Shown: piece after piece, positions 29,001-32,000 of the stretch | Layout of the letters: each line of letters opens with the position of its first letter | How positions within the stretch are numbered: position 1 is the stretch's first letter | Source: Geotalea uraniireducens Rf4 | Lineage (GTDB): Bacteria; Desulfobacterota; Desulfuromonadia; Geobacterales; Geobacteraceae | DNA length: 32,000 nt | Assembly: GCF_000016745.1 (NCBI RefSeq) | Contig: NC_009483.1 | Location: 4,980,001 to 5,012,000 of the forward strand | Direction of reading: 5' to 3' | Program-made: the position numbers and the translations under genes | Notes under the pieces: generated by a model | The model's database searches: none | The model's input: the letters and a program-made list of their open reading frames with translations, nothing else | Told to the model about the DNA's origin: nothing

Positions 29001-29590
29001 CCGGCAAGAACGTCAACCTGCTGGTGCTCGATACGGAAGTTTATTCCAACACCGGCGGCCAGGCATCCAAATCCACACCGCTCGGCGCCGTTGCCCAGTT
29101 CGCCGCCGGAGGCAAGGCAATGCCGAAGAAAGACCTGGGGATGATCGCCATGGCTTACGGCAATGTGTACGTGGCAAAGGTTGCCCTGAGCAACCCTGCC
29201 CAGGTAGTCAAGGCCTTCACCGAAGCCGAGGCATTCAACGGCCCGTCCCTCATCATCGCCTATGCCCACTGCATCGCCCACGGCATCAACATGGCCACAG
29301 CGGTTGATGAAAACAAGAGAGCCGTTGCCTGCGGTCACTGGCCGCTTATGCGCTACAATCCCGAACTGGCCGCCCAGGGCAAGAACCCGCTCCAGCTCGA
29401 CAGTAAAGCGCCGACCATGTCATTCGAGGAGTACGCCTACGGTGAAAACCGTTACCGCGTTCTGAAGAAAAACAACCCTGAAGCTGCTGCTGCCCTGATG
29501 GAGCAGGCAACCAGCTGGACCAGCCGCAGGTTTGAACTTTATGAGAAAATGGCCGCCATGTCCTACGATAGCAGCCCGGAGAAAAAATAG
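26003..29590 (+). CDS. nifJ: Pyruvate:ferredoxin (flavodoxin) oxidoreductase, single-chain PFOR
   Basis: 1195 aa. Two ferredoxin-type clusters (CIQCGICSFVCPH, CTGCAACVHNCP), TPP-binding region GGDGWAYDIGYGGLDH, and CAGCGETPY. RBS AGGAGGA. Confidence 0.95.
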   Translation: MSRRMVTIDGNTAAAHVAHATNEVIAIYPITPSSVMGEISDEKSAKGEKNIWGTVPLVAEMQSEGGASGAVHGALQAGAMTTTFTASQGLLLMIPNMFKIAGELTSTVFHVSARAIAAQALSIFGDHSDVMACRSTGWAMLCSNNVQEVMDFALISQAATLRARIPFIHFFDGFRTSHEVQKVEELTFDDMRAMINDDLVLAHRKRALSPDNPVMRGTAQNPDVYFQGRESVNKYYPPTVGIVQEEMDKFSKLTGRQYKLVDYVGAADAERVIVVMGSAADTIHETVETLSAKGEKVGLIKIRLYRPFPVDALVAALPATVKKIAVLDRTKEPGSLGEPLYLDVRTAIGEAMAEKKTAFSHYPAIVGGRYGLGSKEFTPAMAKSVFDNLKDDQPKNHFVVGIKEDVCNTSLDFDAAFANTAAGTYSAMFYGLGSDGTVGANKNSIKIIGEKTDNNVQAYFVYDSKKAGSVTTSHLRFGKNIIRSPYLIDRADFIACHNFTFLEKYDMLSKAKEGATFLLCSPFDKDEVWDRMPIEVQQQIIAKKLKFYVINAIKLGEELGLGARINVIMQTAFFRISSIIPLEIALGAIKDAIKKSYGKAGEKVVEMNNKAVDAALENIFEVAVPAKADSKLKMPPVVGSHAPAFVQDVTAEIIAGRGDDVPVSAMPADGTFPTATSQYEKRNIAVEIPVWDEALCIQCGICSFVCPHATIRMKAYDPSLLAKAPKTFKSVDAKGADFSGNKFTLQVAPEDCTGCAACVHNCPAKSKDDPKHKAINMQFQPPLRETEAANYDFFLSLPETDPKLVKKETLKGSQLIRPLFEYSGACAGCGETPYLKLLSQLFGDRALIANATGCTSIYGGNLPTTPWAKRADGRGPAWSNSLFEDNAEFGFGMRLTVDKFTEAAGELLVELMDCGCTACTSMAGLMGEIKSADQSTQEGIEAQRTRIESLKKGLAACTEPAAKRLISLADYLVKKSVWIVGGDGWAYDIGYGGLDHVIASGKNVNLLVLDTEVYSNTGGQASKSTPLGAVAQFAAGGKAMPKKDLGMIAMAYGNVYVAKVALSNPAQVVKAFTEAEAFNGPSLIIAYAHCIAHGINMATAVDENKRAVACGHWPLMRYNPELAAQGKNPLQLDSKAPTMSFEEYAYGENRYRVLKKNNPEAAAALMEQATSWTSRRFELYEKMAAMSYDSSPEKK

Positions 29591-29612
29591 CGATTCGTTC
29601 GCAAGCAAAAAA

Positions 29613-29642
29613 AGCCCCGGCAACCATGCCGGGGCTTTTTTT
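29613..29642 (+). terminator. Rho-independent terminator of nifJ
   Basis: 10-bp perfect stem AGCCCCGGCA / TGCCGGGGCT, loop ACCA, T7 tract. An A-rich 5' flank suggests it may act bidirectionally. Confidence 0.85.
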
Positions 29643-29649
29643 GCACCTG

Positions 29650-29687
29650 TAATCCCAATTTCAAATCATGGATGAAATCAAGGCGGC
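29650..29687. repeat. Long-form copy of the dispersed repeat
   Basis: TAATCCCAATTTCAAATCATGGATGAAATCAAGGCGGC is 36/38 identical to 7381-7418. Confidence 0.75.
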
Positions 29688-29710
29688 CCTCTCCCTCTCC
29701 TTTAAAAGCC

Positions 29711-29739
29711 TTGAAAGTATCAGTCAATTCTGTTATATA
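29711..29739 (+). promoter_or_regulatory. Candidate sigma70-type promoter for mglB-mglA
   Basis: TTGAAA (29711-29716), 17 nt, TATATA (29734-29739), about 45 nt upstream of the mglB ATG. Confidence 0.4.
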
Positions 29740-29783
29740 CAATGCGCTGTAATAAAATTTTTGTACAGCACAAGGGGTGCTAC

Positions 29784-30275
29784 ATGTCGAATCCTCAGAT
29801 GGTTATGTACGATGAGGAATTCAAACAGATTAATGCTGTTATTGAAAAGCTTTTAAGGGAAGCCAACAGCAAGGTAATTTTCCTGGTAGATAAAAACGGC
29901 CAGTTGATTACCGGCGTGGGTGAAACCGAACGCTTCGACACCACCTCGTTGGCATCGCTGACTGCCGGTAATATTGCAGCTACAGGCGGCCTGGCAAAAC
30001 TCATCGGCGAAAAAGAGTTTTCGATCCTTTTTCATGAAGGTGAAAAAGATAATCTGCATATATCCATCGTCGGCGGCAGAGTCATCCTTGTCGTCCTGTT
30101 CGACAGTCGTTCCTCGCTCGGGCTGGTACGGCTTCGCGTCAAGAAAGCATCCGAAGAGTTAACCACCATCTTCTCAAGACTCATGCAGAAAGCAGAGGAA
30201 AAGGAAAAAAGCGGTGACACGGATTTTCCCTTTGCCGAAATAACCGACGATGATATCGATAACCTGTTCAGTTAA
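29784..30275 (+). CDS. mglB: Roadblock/LC7-domain protein MglB (GAP of MglA)
   Basis: Start taken at MSNPQMVMYDEEFKQINAVIEKL (ATG at 29784). Roadblock-like core VIFLVDKNGQLITGVG...SLASLTAGNIAATGGLAKLIG. Acidic C-terminal tail. Lies immediately upstream of mglA. Confidence 0.85.
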   Translation: MSNPQMVMYDEEFKQINAVIEKLLREANSKVIFLVDKNGQLITGVGETERFDTTSLASLTAGNIAATGGLAKLIGEKEFSILFHEGEKDNLHISIVGGRVILVVLFDSRSSLGLVRLRVKKASEELTTIFSRLMQKAEEKEKSGDTDFPFAEITDDDIDNLFS

Positions 30276-30295
30276 TTAATTTGGGGTAAAGTCAG

Positions 30296-30883
30296 ATGTC
30301 CTTCATCAACTACGCCTCCCGTGAGATAAACTGCAAAATCGTTTATTACGGTCCCGGCCTCTGCGGCAAAACAACTAATCTCCAGTTCGTCTACCAGAAG
30401 ACCGCTCCCGAAGCAAAAGGCAAAATGATCAGTCTTGCCACGGAAACGGAACGAACTCTTTTTTTCGATTTTCTGCCGCTGGCTCTCGGTGAGATCAGGG
30501 GATTCAAAACCCGCTTCCATCTTTACACCGTGCCGGGCCAGGTATTTTATGACGCCTCCAGAAAGCTCATCCTTAAAGGGGTTGATGGCGTGGTTTTCGT
30601 TGCCGATTCACAGGAAGAGCGGATGGACGCCAATATGGAGTCAATTGAAAACCTCCGCATAAATCTTACCGAGCAGGGATACGATCTGGATAAAATCCCC
30701 TACGTGATCCAGTACAACAAACGTGACCTCCCTAACGTTGTCAGCGTTGATGAATTGCGCAAAGAGCTGAATCCTGCCAACATTCCTGATTTTGAGGCCT
30801 GCGCCACCACCGGCGAAGGCGTATTTGAAACTTTAAAGGCGGTCGCCAAACTGATACTGATCGATCTGAAAAAAGGAAAGTAA
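30296..30883 (+). CDS. mglA: Ras-like small GTPase MglA
   Basis: 195 aa. [30 protein letters not shown]...[51 protein letters not shown] matches Myxococcus MglA nearly residue for residue, as I recall it. Confidence 0.95.
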   Translation: MSFINYASREINCKIVYYGPGLCGKTTNLQFVYQKTAPEAKGKMISLATETERTLFFDFLPLALGEIRGFKTRFHLYTVPGQVFYDASRKLILKGVDGVVFVADSQEERMDANMESIENLRINLTEQGYDLDKIPYVIQYNKRDLPNVVSVDELRKELNPANIPDFEACATTGEGVFETLKAVAKLILIDLKKGK

Positions 30884-30933
30884 AACCTCTCCAGTTCAGC
30901 CGCCAGAGCTGCTGACTCACAAATTAACGACAA

Positions 30934-30966
30934 AAGCCCATGAGATTGCTTCTCATGGGCTTTTGT
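30934..30966. terminator. Bidirectional rho-independent terminator between the convergent mglA and ompA-like genes
   Basis: 10-bp stem AGCCCATGAG / CTCATGGGCT, 7-nt loop, with AAAA 5' and TTTGTG 3'. Confidence 0.8.
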
Positions 30967-30982
30967 GTCTGATCCGTTCTAT

Positions 30983-32000
30983 TTACTTCTTGATAACGCA
31001 GTCGATGACCGCATTAATCCTTCTGTTTTTCTGCCTCCCCTCCGCTGTGTTGTTATAGGCGATGCGGCGGGTGAAGCCGTACCCCTTGGCAGAGAGACGG
31101 GAGCGTTCGATTCCGAAGTTTTCCACCAGGTAGTTCACCACGTTTTCAGCGCGCTCCTGGGAGAGTTTCATGTTGTACTCAGAGCCGCCGACGTTGTCGG
31201 TGTGCCCCTCGATAGCGGCGGTGGTCGTCGGGTATTTCTTCATGTAATCGCCGACCTTGGCGATTTCCTCACGGTACTGGGGCTTGATATCGGCCTTACC
31301 GGTGTCGAATTCCACCTGCAGCAACATGCAGAGCCGTTCGGGAGGCTGGATCTCCTTGACGTCGAAGGCGCAGTCGATAATGGCCTCGATGCGGCGGTTC
31401 AACTGCTTACCCTCGTTGGTGGAGTTGTCGGCGACGGGACGTGTGAGGCCATATCCTTTGGCGGAGAGGCGGGAGTTCTCAATGCCGAATTTTTCCACCA
31501 GGTAGTTCACAACGCTCTCGGCGCGGCGCTGGGAGAGTCCCATGTTGTACTCGGCGGTGCCGACGTTGTCGGTGTGCCCTTCGATGACGGTGGTGGTTGT
31601 CGGGTATTTCTTCATGAAATCACCGACCTTTGCCACCTCGTCATGGTATTCCGGCCGGATGTCGGCCTTGTCGATGTCGAACTCGATATGGAGCGTGATG
31701 CAGTATTTGTAGCGGCCGGGAGTAGGTTCAGCGGCCGGAACCGGTTCGAGCGGGGCTTCCGGGGCCGGTTCTACGACGGGCGGCGGCACGGGCGCGGGAG
31801 CCGGCTTTTCCCCTCCGAACTGATAGGCGACGCCGGCGGTGTATTCATAATTGTAGAGGGTCTCGCCACTGTCCCTGAAGACCAAGTGCCGGAAATCACC
31901 GCGCAGTGCCAGGTTGTCGGTCAGGAAGTACTTGAGCCCCACCCCGTAGTCGAAGACACCATGGTTATTTGTTTTCTGGTTCTCCCGGTCAAGGGTGAGT
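30983..32000 (-). CDS. OmpA-family outer-membrane protein with two tandem OmpA C-terminal (peptidoglycan-binding) domains; N-terminus lies beyond the window
   Basis: The frame stays open upstream of the GTG at 31942 to the window edge (...LTLDRENQKTNNHGVFDYGVGLKYF). Beta-barrel-like end YEYTAGVAYQFGG, Pro-rich linker, then two copies of ...GHTDNVG..EYN..LSQ.RAE.V.NYLV...RLSAKGYG. Confidence 0.88.
   Translation of the reverse strand, partial: LTLDRENQKTNNHGVFDYGVGLKYFLTDNLALRGDFRHLVFRDSGETLYNYEYTAGVAYQFGGEKPAPAPVPPPVVEPAPEAPLEPVPAAEPTPGRYKYCITLHIEFDIDKADIRPEYHDEVAKVGDFMKKYPTTTTVIEGHTDNVGTAEYNMGLSQRRAESVVNYLVEKFGIENSRLSAKGYGLTRPVADNSTNEGKQLNRRIEAIIDCAFDVKEIQPPERLCMLLQVEFDTGKADIKPQYREEIAKVGDYMKKYPTTTAAIEGHTDNVGGSEYNMKLSQERAENVVNYLVENFGIERSRLSAKGYGFTRRIAYNNTAEGRQKNRRINAVIDCVIKK
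30998..31711 (-). repeat. Intragenic tandem duplication (period 372 nt / 124 aa) of the OmpA-like domain
   Basis: Exact shared strings at a 372-nt offset: GTCGGGTATTTCTTCATG at 31226 and 31598, and GCCGACGTTGTCGGTGTGCCC in both copies. Protein copies are about aa 78-191 and 203-315 of the listed ORF. Confidence 0.85.

Overview
GC-rich bacterial chromosomal window. The gene content (MglA/MglB, PFOR, GatCAB, many PAS proteins) suggests a Geobacter-like deltaproteobacterium; that assignment is inference only. Almost the whole window is conserved housekeeping. Left to right: prkA-like (5' partial), kup, ileS-lspA, then a 12-gene minus-strand array: rdgC-like, a 97-aa orphan, a tandem-PAS protein, tusA-like, yeeE/yedE, ybgC-like, glnE, mtnA, gatB, gatA, gatC, uvrD/pcrA. 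A plus-strand block follows: tRNA-Ser(GGA), SRP RNA, dnaX, ybaB, recR, nifJ/PFOR, mglB, mglA. The window ends in a partial two-domain ompA-like gene. I see no CRISPR array, transposase, integrase, phage gene or recognisable defence system, and I cannot point to a clear novel multi-gene system. The most unusual material is non-coding or small. (1) A dispersed ~38-nt repeat has four instances, one pair forming a MITE-like ~125-nt hairpin in a low-GC island next to an orphan 66-aa ORF. (2) Large structured REP-like palindromes fill the normally tight gatC-gatA-gatB-mtnA spacers. (3) An A9 tract in dnaX is followed by near-immediate stops in both alternative frames. (4) A yeeE-tusA pair is followed by an output-less PAS protein with a five-Cys cluster. 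All protein calls come from reading the supplied translations and recalling family motifs; no database search was run.
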